This document shows, piece by piece, positions 39,786-49,232 of a stretch of 64,000 nucleotides of DNA. The notes below the pieces were generated by a model. The model ran no database searches. It worked only from the letters and a program-made list of their open reading frames with translations, and was not told the origin of the DNA. The DNA comes from an uncultured Candidatus Cloacimonadota bacterium (GTDB lineage Bacteria > Cloacimonadota > Cloacimonadia > JGIOTU-2): contig CAYNOU010000002.1 in assembly GCA_964398885.1 (NCBI GenBank), forward strand, positions 22,762-86,761, in the 5' to 3' direction. Position 1 is the first letter of the stretch, and the number at the start of each line of letters is the position of its first letter. Both the position numbers and the translations under genes were made by a program.

Positions 39786-39975
39786 CACCTTTTTATTATT
39801 TCAATTCGGGATAAACCCGAATCTACCCACCAGTTGTCGGGTATCCCCAATTTAATTGGGGACAGGTTTATCCTGTTGCTGCAATAAAACAAGAAACTCA
39901 TCTTTAATCTTGATTCATCTTTTTAGGCCCTTGTAGTTATCACTTTTTTTCACAAATTCTTTGGTGAAAAATCTT

Positions 39976-40212
39976 TTATAGGTCACCAAAGACCTCATCT
40001 TCAGTTTCTATATTTCCGACCTCAAAATCCTTAAAACCTTTTCTAATTGAGTTCATAAGTTCCGCATTAAGATTTATATCAATTGTTTCTATTAGCTTTA
40101 TAAAATCATCAATATTGATTAATACAGACTTAATCTCATTATTTGAATAAATATATTCTACTTTAGGAATATTATACTGTCTTGTAATCTTCATAAGTTC
40201 ACTTGGTAACAT
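39976..40212 (-). CDS. Small protein, possibly a Phd/YefM-type antitoxin, orphan.
   Basis: 78 aa. ...ITRQ...EIKSVLINIDDFIKLIETIDINLNAELMNSIRKG... resembles the Phd/YefM fold pattern. No partner toxin ORF lies downstream, only the repeat hotspot. Confidence 0.3.
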   Translation of the reverse strand: MLPSELMKITRQYNIPKVEYIYSNNEIKSVLINIDDFIKLIETIDINLNAELMNSIRKGFKDFEVGNIETEDEVFGDL

Positions 40213-40270
40213 TGTTGTTCCTTTCTCTCCGATTGGAGTAATTTTTATAAAAAATCTAAAATTCTAGAAA

Positions 40271-41209
40271 TTAAGTCAAGTTTCTAATATCAATTATACA
40301 TCTTGCAATGCTTTCATCTAACTTTATTTGCTCAATAAGTTCTTCTTTATCTGCGAATTTTTTTTCATCACGAATTCTTCTTATAAAAAAGAGTTCTATC
40401 TCTTGCGAATAAACCTCTTTATCAAAATCAAAAATATAAGTTTCAATAAATTTTTTTCTATTATTCTTTTTTATAGTTGGTTTTTTGCCAATATTTGTTA
40501 GTCCCCACCCTTTTTTTCCTTTCAATTTAATTTTTGTAAGATACACCCCACATTGTGGAAGTAGCTTTCTTGGTTCTAATGGCTCAAGGTTCGTGGTTGG
40601 AAATCCTAATTGCCTGCCAATTTTATCGCCTGGAACGACCTTACCTAAAATAGAATAATTTCTACCTAACATTTTTTGAGCAGACTCTATTTTCCCATCT
40701 CTAATATATTCCCGAATTTTAGTGCTGGATACAATTTTCTTTCCCCTCCTTACTTCTTTTACAATATCCGTTTTATAACTATATGACTTTTCATACTTTT
40801 TCAATAGATGATAATCACCTGTTCTGTCCTTCCCAAAATGCCAATCATAACCAACTATGATTTCTTTAGCTACTAACTTATCAACAAAATACGCTTTAAT
40901 AAAATCTTCAGGTGAAAGATTTGCTAACTTTGTATCAAAGTCAAGCCAGAGCACATAATCAATGCCCATATTTTTGAGAAATTCTTCTTTTTTTACCTTT
41001 TCTGTAAGGAGATATGGAAAATGCCTATTATTTAGAATTTCCAATGGGTGTGGATGATAGGTCATAACGACTGATACTCCACCAATTGCTTTTGCTCTTT
41101 TCACAAGAGTTTGCATAATCTTCTGATGTCCAAGATGCACTCCATCAAAAGTGCCAACAGTAACAACAGGATTTTTCAATTTATGCTTCATTTTGTGTAT
41201 GCTTTTCAT
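40271..41209 (-). CDS. ribF: Bifunctional riboflavin kinase / FMN adenylyltransferase.
   Basis: VVTVGTFDGVHLGHQKIMQTLVKRA...VMTYHPHP is the RibF N-terminal FAD synthetase signature. Confidence 0.85.
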   Translation of the reverse strand: MKSIHKMKHKLKNPVVTVGTFDGVHLGHQKIMQTLVKRAKAIGGVSVVMTYHPHPLEILNNRHFPYLLTEKVKKEEFLKNMGIDYVLWLDFDTKLANLSPEDFIKAYFVDKLVAKEIIVGYDWHFGKDRTGDYHLLKKYEKSYSYKTDIVKEVRRGKKIVSSTKIREYIRDGKIESAQKMLGRNYSILGKVVPGDKIGRQLGFPTTNLEPLEPRKLLPQCGVYLTKIKLKGKKGWGLTNIGKKPTIKKNNRKKFIETYIFDFDKEVYSQEIELFFIRRIRDEKKFADKEELIEQIKLDESIARCIIDIRNLT

Positions 41210-41249
41210 AATATCTTTTTAATTTGATGGAAACGAGTCCCAAACTTTG

Positions 41250-41280
41250 TTGCGTTCCCAAGCTGGGCTTGGGAACGAGA
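41250..41280. repeat. Palindromic repeat family D: TTGCGTTCCCAA-[hairpin]-TTGGGAACGAGA.
   Basis: ttgcgttcccaagctgggcttgggaacgaga. The same outer arms enclose a different inner hairpin at 63657-63704. Confidence 0.65.
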
Positions 41281-41365
41281 GGGGAATTGCGGCGAAAAGA
41301 AATATAATAATAAAAAGAAATTTGAATAATTTCATATAAATTATTTATTTATATTTGATACAGGA

Positions 41366-42064
41366 TTAACCTGTATCTACCCAATTTGTTATTGGTATTA
41401 TCAAATTTCCTATATTTTCCTTATTCAATTCCATCAATTTCAAAGCATCTTTTATGCGGAAATTACCAATTCGCATTCTTCTTAATTCTACTAAGTGCCC
41501 AACTGTGCCAAGTTTTTCCGCAATATCTTCTGCTAATGCTCTGATATAGGTTCCTTTAGAAACAACTGAAGAAAATTTCAAGAACGGTTTATTATACTCT
41601 AATAATTCCAATTCTTTGATTTCAACTCTCCGTGGCTCTCTTTCAATAGTTTTTCCCTTTCGCGCAAGTTTATAGAGACGAATTCCATCTTTTTTTATCG
41701 CTGAATACATTGGAGGAATTTGTCGAATTTTGCCAATAAAATTTTGGAAAACTGATTCTATTTGTGAGATTGATAACTCTGGAATAGATTTCTCCTCAAT
41801 GACTTTGCCTGTTAAATCTGCCGTATCAGTTTTTTCGCTAAGTTTGATTTTTGCATAATATTCTTTTTCTAAACCAGTAAATTCAGAAATCTGTTTAGTC
41901 GCTTCTCTTCCCACAAAAACCAGTAGAACTCCAGTTGCAAATGGGTCAAGCGTGCCTGAATGACCAACTTTCTTTACTCCTGTAAGATAACGGATTTTTC
42001 TAACCACATCAAAAGATGTAATGCCTGCTGGCTTATCTATGTTCAGGATACCATTCATACACAA
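41366..42064 (-). CDS. truB: tRNA pseudouridine(55) synthase.
   Basis: LNIDKPAGITSFDVVRKIRYLTGVKKVGHSGTLDPFATGVLLV is the TruB catalytic motif. Confidence 0.9.
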   Translation of the reverse strand: MCMNGILNIDKPAGITSFDVVRKIRYLTGVKKVGHSGTLDPFATGVLLVFVGREATKQISEFTGLEKEYYAKIKLSEKTDTADLTGKVIEEKSIPELSISQIESVFQNFIGKIRQIPPMYSAIKKDGIRLYKLARKGKTIEREPRRVEIKELELLEYNKPFLKFSSVVSKGTYIRALAEDIAEKLGTVGHLVELRRMRIGNFRIKDALKLMELNKENIGNLIIPITNWVDTG

Positions 42065-42164
42065 AATCCTAAATCCGAATTTCTAAATCCTAAATAAATT
42101 CAAAATTCAAATTCCAAATTAAAATGTGTGCCAAAAGCCTCATTTGGCATTTGACATTTGTAAT

Positions 42165-43184
42165 TTATTTGTAATTTGATATTTGAAATTTGTCATTTTT
42201 TTTGTGGTTGATCAATTCCACAAGTTTCTCCTTTAACTTCTTTAATTCCATTTCTGTCTCAAAACCAGCTGCAAGTTTATGTCCACCGCCGCCAAATTTT
42301 TCTGCAATTTTCTGGACATTCAAATCTTTTGACCTAAGGGAAACCCGATAATGGTCAGTATTTAATTCACGAAAATAAATAACAACATCTCGTTCATTAG
42401 AAGGCTTAACCTCTTTTGAGAAACCGTCTGTCAATTCCATATCTGCATTACAACCTTTTAGCATCTTCTGGGTCGTAATGTAAAAAGCAATGCTTACATT
42501 TCGTCCTATTTTGTGGAATTCCAATGTTGACAAAGTCTTACCCAGGAGTTTCAACTCATCTGTGCTTCTATTTTCAAAGATATTAAGAGAGCAGAGATTA
42601 TTATCTGCACCTATGGCAAGCAGTTCGCTCGCTACTGTAAATGTCTGGGGAGACACATTCTTATTTGCAAAATTATTGGTATCATAAATTAAGCCTGTAT
42701 AAAGACAATTAGCAAATTTTCTTTTCCAATAGGATGAAAAACCTTGAATTTCTTCTTGTAAGAGCAAATAGATAATCTCGCATACTGAAGAAGCATTTGT
42801 ATCAATGTAAAAAATGGTATTTGGTATCTCCTCTAATTTGTAATGATGGTCTATACATATCAACTGCTTACAGTTTTCAAATAAATTTTGAATTTTTTGT
42901 CCTGCTCTCTTTCTTTCATTATAGTCAAGCATAAAGACTATTTGATTGGTAGCGTTGGAGATTTGGGTTTCAACTTTATCTGATAAACCGAGAAAGTCAT
43001 ATTTATTTGAAGGAAGGTCTTGATTTATGATTCTAATACTTTTGCCATGTCCTTTTAGGAATAGATAAATGGCAAATTGTGCACCAATAGCGTCACCATC
43101 TGGATTCTCATGTGTTGTTATAACAAAATTTTGATTAGTATAAATAAGGTTTTTTAATTCAATCTTAAATTCATCTAATGTCAT
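42165..43184 (-). CDS. nrnA: Bifunctional oligoribonuclease / pAp phosphatase NrnA (DHH-DHHA1).
   Basis: DGDAIGA (DHH motif I) and GGGHKLAAGF (DHHA1). Confidence 0.8.
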   Translation of the reverse strand: MTLDEFKIELKNLIYTNQNFVITTHENPDGDAIGAQFAIYLFLKGHGKSIRIINQDLPSNKYDFLGLSDKVETQISNATNQIVFMLDYNERKRAGQKIQNLFENCKQLICIDHHYKLEEIPNTIFYIDTNASSVCEIIYLLLQEEIQGFSSYWKRKFANCLYTGLIYDTNNFANKNVSPQTFTVASELLAIGADNNLCSLNIFENRSTDELKLLGKTLSTLEFHKIGRNVSIAFYITTQKMLKGCNADMELTDGFSKEVKPSNERDVVIYFRELNTDHYRVSLRSKDLNVQKIAEKFGGGGHKLAAGFETEMELKKLKEKLVELINHKKNDKFQISNYK

Positions 43185-43527
43185 ATTTTTTTCGTTCTTC
43201 TTCTATGAGCCTTTCTATGGAGCGAGCATTTTGAGATATTGTATCATAAACAAAATTCAATTCTGGAGTATATTTTAGGTTAAGGGATTTAGCCAATCTC
43301 ATTCTGATATATTTCTTAGCTCTATCTAAACCTTTTTGAGCCAACTTTTTTCCCATATCACCATTTAAGATTGAAAAATATATTGTTGCATAATGCAAAT
43401 CTGCTGAGACTTTTACATCTTTAATTACAACACCTTTTACTCTTTTATCGCGTAAATCAAACCGAACTATTTTTGCAACGGTTTGCTTAATAAGAGAACT
43501 CAATCTATTCTGACGGAATTGTGCCAT
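43171..43527 (-). CDS. rbfA: Ribosome-binding factor A.
   Basis: 118 aa. The conserved ...VVIKDVKVSADLHYATIYFS... and its position after infB match RbfA. Confidence 0.85.
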   Translation of the reverse strand: MAQFRQNRLSSLIKQTVAKIVRFDLRDKRVKGVVIKDVKVSADLHYATIYFSILNGDMGKKLAQKGLDRAKKYIRMRLAKSLNLKYTPELNFVYDTISQNARSIERLIEEERKKYDIR

Positions 43528-43808
43528 TAATAATAATCCTCAATTTTAGTTATCTCAACATCCATATAAGTATCTTCAATAAAATGAATAACATCGGATA
43601 ATTTTCTTTCAATATATAACATTTCATTAGCAATTATAGAAATACCGATTGTAGCATTTTTCCATTTCTCATTATTATTAATCTCAGCAATTGAAACATT
43701 ATATTTATTATGGATTCTCTGTGTCATGCTTTTTACAATACTTCTTTTATTTTTTAAAGATTTTGATAAGGGCAGGTAAAGTTCAAGGATTATACTTTTT
43801 ACAGGCAT
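43527..43808 (-). CDS. DUF503 (YlxP-like) protein.
   Basis: Small protein between infB and rbfA, as in the Bacillus ylxP position. The start is placed at the internal Met (MPVKSIILELY). Confidence 0.55.
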   Translation of the reverse strand: MPVKSIILELYLPLSKSLKNKRSIVKSMTQRIHNKYNVSIAEINNNEKWKNATIGISIIANEMLYIERKLSDVIHFIEDTYMDVEITKIEDYY

Positions 43809-43973
43809 TAATGACTTTGTTGATTTAATGATTTGGAGATTTGGTGATTTTAATTTTAAGCTCCATAAATCGCCATACAAGCTCAAACTCCACTTGGAGG
43901 ATACATACAAGACTTCCGAAATTCAGTAAATTCTTGAAAAAATTGAATTAATCAACAGACTCATTAATTTAGG

Positions 43974-46298
43974 TTATTCTATTTTTTTTCTTTCTTCTGT
44001 TTTTACATAAGCATCTATGATATCATCAACCTTGATGTCATTAAAGTTTTCAATAACAATTCCACATTCCTGACCTTCGTGAACTTCTTTTACTTCATTC
44101 TGAAATCTTTTAAGAGAGGCTATTCTCCCCTCGTAAATTTTGATTTCTTCACGGAAAAGTCTTACAAAGGCATCATTAATAATTTTCCCCTCCATTACAT
44201 AGCATCCGGCGACAACGCCAACTTTAGATATTCTGAAGATTTGCTTAACCTTTGCTGTCCCAATAATTTCTTCGTGAATGACAGGTGCCAGTAAACCTTC
44301 AAGGGATTTTTTCACATCATCAATTGCTTCAAAAATAACATCATATAATCGTATTTCAACCTTATTGAGTTCAGCAGATTTTCTTGCTTCAGCATTTGGA
44401 CGGACATGAAAGCCGATAACTATTGCATTTGAAGCTGCTGCGAGGTCTGCATCAGCCTCAACGATTCCGCCAACTGCTTTGTGAACGATATTGACTTTTA
44501 TCTCTTTAGATTGTATTTTTTGAAGAGCATCGCAAATCGCTTCAACAGAACCATCAGTGTCTGCTTTTACGATAATATTAAGGACATTCAACTCACTTTG
44601 CTGAATTCGGTCAAAGAGATTATCCAAAGTTACACCTTTGCCACTTGCTATCTGTCGTTGTCTAATAATGTATTGTCTTTTAGATGTTATATCTCTTGCA
44701 ATTTTTTCATCAAGCACAACATTTAAAGTATCACCTGCTTGTGGAATTCCATTTAAACCTAAAATCTGAACAACTCCAGATGGATAGCAAATAGGCACAG
44801 GTTGCATTCGTTCATCAAGCAGTAACCGAATTTTTCCAAATTGAGCACCGCATATTACGATATCACCAGTTTTTAAAACACCATTTTGCACCAATATTGT
44901 AGCTACTGGTCCCTTGCCTTTGTCCAATTTTGCCTCAACAATAACCCCTTCTGCATTACCTGAATACTTTGCTGATAATTCTTCAACCTCAGCAACTAAT
45001 AAAATTGTTTCTAACAAATTATCAATTCCTTCTCCGGTTTTCGCAGAACATTCAACATACTCTACAGACCCACCCCAACCTTGCAATCTAATATTTTGCT
45101 TTACGAGTTGAACCTTCACTTTCTCTGGGTCTGCGTTAGGCAAATCAATTTTATTAATTGCTATAATTAAAGGTATATCCGCGGCTTTTGCATGGTCAAT
45201 CGCTTCAATTGTTTGAGGCATAACCCCATCGTCAGCAGCTATTACAATTATAGCAATATCAGTAATATCTGCACCTCTGGCTCTCATAGCAGTGAAAGCT
45301 TCGTGGCCTGGTGTATCAATAAAAGTAATTTTTTTATTCTTAAATTCTACTTGATATGCTCCTATATGCTGAGTTATTCCACCAGACTCACCAGCAATAA
45401 TATTACTTTTCCTTATGCAATCAAGTATTGATGTTTTCCCGTGGTCAACATGTCCCATAACAGCAACTACTGGTGGTCGTATTTTTATCTTTTCTTTCTT
45501 TGTCTCTTTTCGTTCTAAAGACAAAATATCCTTTCCGTATTGCTCAGCAAATTCAACTTCAAAATTAAATTCATCACAGATCATTATTAATGAATCTTTA
45601 TCCAACCTTTGATTGATCGTAATCATTTTCCCAAGTTCCATAAATTTGGCAACAATTTCAATTGAATTTTTACCCATAATTTTCGCTAATTCAGAAGCTG
45701 AAGTAAATTCGTTAACAACAATTTTTTGTGTTTTCTGTTCTCCTGCTATTTTTCCTTTCTTACGCTTTTTTATTTTTACATCCTTTGTAAGCGTTGCTTT
45801 AATATTTCCTTTTATCTGTTGCTGGTCAAAAAATTTTCTTTCTCGTTCTTCACGAAGTCTTGCTTTCTTGTCTTTGTATCTAACTTTTTCTTTTTTCTTC
45901 TCTTTTACAAACTCTGATGGATACGGCTTCTTTTTTGATATGGACGGTGCTTCCTTTACCTTTGTTATTTTAGGAGATGGTTTTGTGGTCTCTGTCTTTT
46001 TTGATGGTTCTCTTGGGATTTTAGTTTCAGTACCAGCAACCTTTGCTCTTTCATATTTTTTAGACTCTTGAAATCTTTTAGAACGCAACTGCTCCTGATA
46101 GCTTTTTCTTTGCTTTTGTCTTGCGCTTGCGGCTTTCATTTGCTCAGAAAACATTTTCCGAATCTTTTCAACAGACTTTTCATCAATGTAGCTCATATGG
46201 CTTTTTACAACCACTTTCATATCTTTTAGGATTGACATCAATGCTTGTGGGGAAATTTTTAATTCTCGCGCAAACTCATAAACTCTTATTTGATCCAT
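43974..46298 (-). CDS. infB: Translation initiation factor IF-2.
   Basis: G-domain [17 protein letters not shown]...DTPGHEAF...NKID. 774 aa. It follows nusA. Confidence 0.95.
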   Translation of the reverse strand: MDQIRVYEFARELKISPQALMSILKDMKVVVKSHMSYIDEKSVEKIRKMFSEQMKAASARQKQRKSYQEQLRSKRFQESKKYERAKVAGTETKIPREPSKKTETTKPSPKITKVKEAPSISKKKPYPSEFVKEKKKEKVRYKDKKARLREERERKFFDQQQIKGNIKATLTKDVKIKKRKKGKIAGEQKTQKIVVNEFTSASELAKIMGKNSIEIVAKFMELGKMITINQRLDKDSLIMICDEFNFEVEFAEQYGKDILSLERKETKKEKIKIRPPVVAVMGHVDHGKTSILDCIRKSNIIAGESGGITQHIGAYQVEFKNKKITFIDTPGHEAFTAMRARGADITDIAIIVIAADDGVMPQTIEAIDHAKAADIPLIIAINKIDLPNADPEKVKVQLVKQNIRLQGWGGSVEYVECSAKTGEGIDNLLETILLVAEVEELSAKYSGNAEGVIVEAKLDKGKGPVATILVQNGVLKTGDIVICGAQFGKIRLLLDERMQPVPICYPSGVVQILGLNGIPQAGDTLNVVLDEKIARDITSKRQYIIRQRQIASGKGVTLDNLFDRIQQSELNVLNIIVKADTDGSVEAICDALQKIQSKEIKVNIVHKAVGGIVEADADLAAASNAIVIGFHVRPNAEARKSAELNKVEIRLYDVIFEAIDDVKKSLEGLLAPVIHEEIIGTAKVKQIFRISKVGVVAGCYVMEGKIINDAFVRLFREEIKIYEGRIASLKRFQNEVKEVHEGQECGIVIENFNDIKVDDIIDAYVKTEERKKIE

Positions 46299-46307
46299 TT
46301 ATTTCCT

Positions 46308-46619
46308 TTAACTATCTAAAATTATCTTAAAACCTTTGGTAAAATCTTTGTTAATAATAGCTACTAATGTCAACTTTTGTCTGCCAAAAATCTTACTTAA
46401 TTCTTCATCTGGAAAAATGTAGGAAATTTGAATACCTTTTTGCTTATATATCTCACAGTTTCGTCTTAGAAAATTACTATTCTTTTTCCCGGAAAATATC
46501 AACCTGGTGTTACTGCCGGCAATACTCTTTTTCACTGCTATCCTGCCGAAAGCAACTGCTTTAGCCTTTCTTGCCAGTCTTAATAAGTTAGTTATTTTTT
46601 CTTTCTTTTTTTCATCCAT
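46308..46619 (-). CDS. L7Ae/L30e-family RNA-binding protein (YlxQ-like).
   Basis: 103 aa between ylxR and infB, which is the conserved position. KAKAVAFGRIAVKK is an L7Ae-like motif. Confidence 0.55.
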   Translation of the reverse strand: MDEKKKEKITNLLRLARKAKAVAFGRIAVKKSIAGSNTRLIFSGKKNSNFLRRNCEIYKQKGIQISYIFPDEELSKIFGRQKLTLVAIINKDFTKGFKIILDS

Positions 46620-46813
46620 TTTTCAAGTTTGTTCATACAATTTACATCTGAACAACAATAATATCCTCTGCCAGGCATTCTTTGTTTGTAATCGAAAACA
46701 ATAGAATCATTTTTTATTATAAATCTTACTAAATTTGATTTCTCTCTTTTTCTTTTGCAGATAACGCAAGTCCGCTTTGGAATATGTCCTGCATTACTTG
46801 CTTTATTCACCAT
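46592..46813 (-). CDS. YlxR/DUF448 family protein.
   Basis: IPKRTCVICKRKREKSNLVRF is the RTCxxC motif characteristic of YlxR. It lies immediately after nusA. Confidence 0.7.
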   Translation of the reverse strand: MVNKASNAGHIPKRTCVICKRKREKSNLVRFIIKNDSIVFDYKQRMPGRGYYCCSDVNCMNKLEKWMKKRKKK

Positions 46814-48049
46814 TTAAAAATACCTGGCAGATTCTTTAATTTTTTCAGCTATTTTTACACCAATACCTTCAATTCGGCAAAGTTCTTGCATAGAAGCAAG
46901 ATGGATATCTTGAACAGAGGTATAACCCGCATTATGTAATATCATTCCAATGTTTTCAGTAACACCTTCAAGTTCAAAGACTGTGCTTGTAATTCTGCGT
47001 TCATCAGCTGAGATTTCTTCATATTCATCTTCTAATAAAACATCCAATTTATAATTAGTAAGTTTTGCAGCTAATTTGATATTTTTACCACCTTTGCCAA
47101 TTGCAATATTTTTGTTTTTTTCATCAGTAATTATTTGAGCGAATTTTCCTTTATCAGCTAAATAGACCCTTTTTACCAACTCACTTCCAATACTATTCTT
47201 AATGAGTTGCTCATGATTTTCACTCCAAACAATTATATCAACCTGTTCTCCATGAAGTTCCTTTTTTATCTCTTCTATTCTCATACCTTTTGGTCCAACA
47301 CAACTTCCAAATGCATCAATATTTTTGTTAGTACTATAAACAGCAACTTTGGTTCTATATCCTGGCTCTCTTACGATTTTCTTAATCACAACATCCCCGT
47401 CCAAAATTTCTGGAATCTCACTTTCAAATAATTTTATTATAAACTCTGGCCTCCTTCTTGAAAGTATTACCCTTACTCTTCCTTTTTGATGTCTAATATT
47501 AGCAATATATGCTTTAATATAATCACCGGTTTTATAAAATTCAGTCTCAACTTGCTCTTCAGTTGGGAGTAGTCCTTCTGTGAAACCTATATCAACGATA
47601 TAACCATTATATTCCACTTTTTTTACAATACCGGATACAATTTGTCCTTTCTGTTTTTCATAATCAACTTTGATTTTTTTAGTTTCTGACTCCCTTATTT
47701 TGGTAATAATAGCCTGTCTTGCTGATTGAATTGTTTTCCTGCCAAATTCAGTAATAGGAATTTCAAATGGAATATAATCATCAATCTGGGCTGTTGGAAT
47801 AATCTTTTGAGCATCTTTAAGATTGATTTCATCAAAATTTTTCTTAACTTCTTCAACTACCTTTGCAGATAATCTGGCAACTACTTTGTTCTCCTCAAAA
47901 TCAATTTCAACAGATAGTTCACAATCTGGATTTAATTTCTTTAATAATGTTGCTTTTAAACTATCTTTAATAATATCTGCAATAACTTCTCTTTTTATCT
48001 GTTTAAGCCTTGCAAATTCATCAATAATTGCAATCAAATTAAATCCCAT
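46814..48049 (-). CDS. nusA: Transcription termination/antitermination factor NusA.
   Basis: N-terminal domain + S1 (GQIVSGIVKKVEYNGYIVDIG) + KH domains. 411 aa. It follows rimP. Confidence 0.9.
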   Translation of the reverse strand: MGFNLIAIIDEFARLKQIKREVIADIIKDSLKATLLKKLNPDCELSVEIDFEENKVVARLSAKVVEEVKKNFDEINLKDAQKIIPTAQIDDYIPFEIPITEFGRKTIQSARQAIITKIRESETKKIKVDYEKQKGQIVSGIVKKVEYNGYIVDIGFTEGLLPTEEQVETEFYKTGDYIKAYIANIRHQKGRVRVILSRRRPEFIIKLFESEIPEILDGDVVIKKIVREPGYRTKVAVYSTNKNIDAFGSCVGPKGMRIEEIKKELHGEQVDIIVWSENHEQLIKNSIGSELVKRVYLADKGKFAQIITDEKNKNIAIGKGGKNIKLAAKLTNYKLDVLLEDEYEEISADERRITSTVFELEGVTENIGMILHNAGYTSVQDIHLASMQELCRIEGIGVKIAEKIKESARYF

Positions 48050-48057
48050 CTTGCTCC

Positions 48058-48549
48058 CTAATTCTTTTTACTTTCTTTTTTAGAGAATTCAGAGGTCCAG
48101 TTAAAAACTGTTCTTGCGTTTTTTACCTGTTCATAAAATATATTAATATTTTTTTTCTCATCTAATTTAATAGAGATAGAGTATTCATCAGCCGATGCAA
48201 GAATGCCTTTTACTGTCTCTATTTCATCCTTATTATTCAGATATTTAAGCTTAACCAGTTCATCTACAGCGTCAATAAAATGCTGAGGAGTTCTTAAATT
48301 TCTACTAAGACCAGGAGATGAAACTTCCAAAACATATCTTGAATCAAATATGTCTCTCATATCCAATTCATCTCCAATCTCCTGGCTAACTGCTTGGCAA
48401 TCAACTAAAGTAATACCATTTTTCCGGGTTATATAGACGACCAGAGACTGATTATTACGAATTCCTCTTAATTTCCAATCATAGAGTTGCACATTCATTT
48501 TATTGCATACTTTTTTAATAATATCTTCTAAAATTTCATTATTTTTCAT
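48058..48549 (-). CDS. rimP: Ribosome maturation factor RimP.
   Basis: 163 aa, first gene of the nusA operon. The central ...VSSPGLSR... motif is conserved. Confidence 0.8.
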   Translation of the reverse strand: MKNNEILEDIIKKVCNKMNVQLYDWKLRGIRNNQSLVVYITRKNGITLVDCQAVSQEIGDELDMRDIFDSRYVLEVSSPGLSRNLRTPQHFIDAVDELVKLKYLNNKDEIETVKGILASADEYSISIKLDEKKNINIFYEQVKNARTVFNWTSEFSKKESKKN

Positions 48550-48565
48550 ACTGTATTTTTCTCAT

Positions 48566-48592
48566 ACAAAAAATGCTCCGATTAATCGGAGC
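48566..48592 (-). terminator. Intrinsic terminator-like hairpin plus a U-run in the rimP-nusA leader, about 25 nt upstream of the rimP ATG. Putative attenuator.
   Basis: The minus strand reads gctccgattaatcggagc followed by attttttg. It lies between the divergent promoter region and the rimP start. Confidence 0.45.
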
Positions 48593-49232
48593 TAACTCGC
48601 TCTGCTTTTTGTTAATTTTGTTAGTTTATAATTTATTTGTCAAATATTATAGGATTTTTCATAGGTTCCACTGTCGCTTATTGGGAAGTAGCCCTACATA
48701 AAAAAAGACAGAATAAAAAAAATATTCTGCCTTTTTAATCTTATACTTGTCCGAAAATTAGTCAATTACCAAATTTATTATTTCAATAACATCATCTTTT
48801 TAATTTTATATTATTATCCAGGTTTATAATTTACCCATTCGATAGCTATAATCATAAGATGATTAGAAAAAGGTTGATATTTTTTGAATACGATATTATT
48901 TATTTAAAAAATATTTGTTACACAAAAGAAACTTCATTTAGCATACAGTTTTCAACGAACATTTAACATATAACAACTTCTTTTCAAATTGAATATCATT
49001 ATGTTCATCATTTAGATGATTTTGTATGATATTTTTTAAGAAGAATTGATTAAAAAAAATTTAAAACTTGACACGAAAGTTAATCAGTTCTTCTAAAAAC
49101 ACCAAAATAAAAAATTAGAAATTTAAAAATAGTAAAAAGGAAATAATATTTTTATATTATTTTTTGTTGTTCTTTTAAGATGAAAATGATTCTATAAAAA
49201 GTTTTATGAAAAATTATTAATCGGAGGTATTT

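Noticed and set aside
45613-46071. 152-aa plus-strand ORF and other plus-strand ORFs (for example 1324..1635, 2997..3272, 23577..23951) antisense to well-supported minus-strand genes.
   Set aside because: They lie fully inside the conserved infB, tkt, asnB and wzx coding sequences. Their translations are low-complexity and they lack RBS.
48550-49232. Very AT-rich 680-bp divergent region as a mobile-element remnant.
   Set aside because: No inverted repeats or transposase fragments. It is consistent with divergent promoters for the rimP operon and the TonB-dependent receptor.
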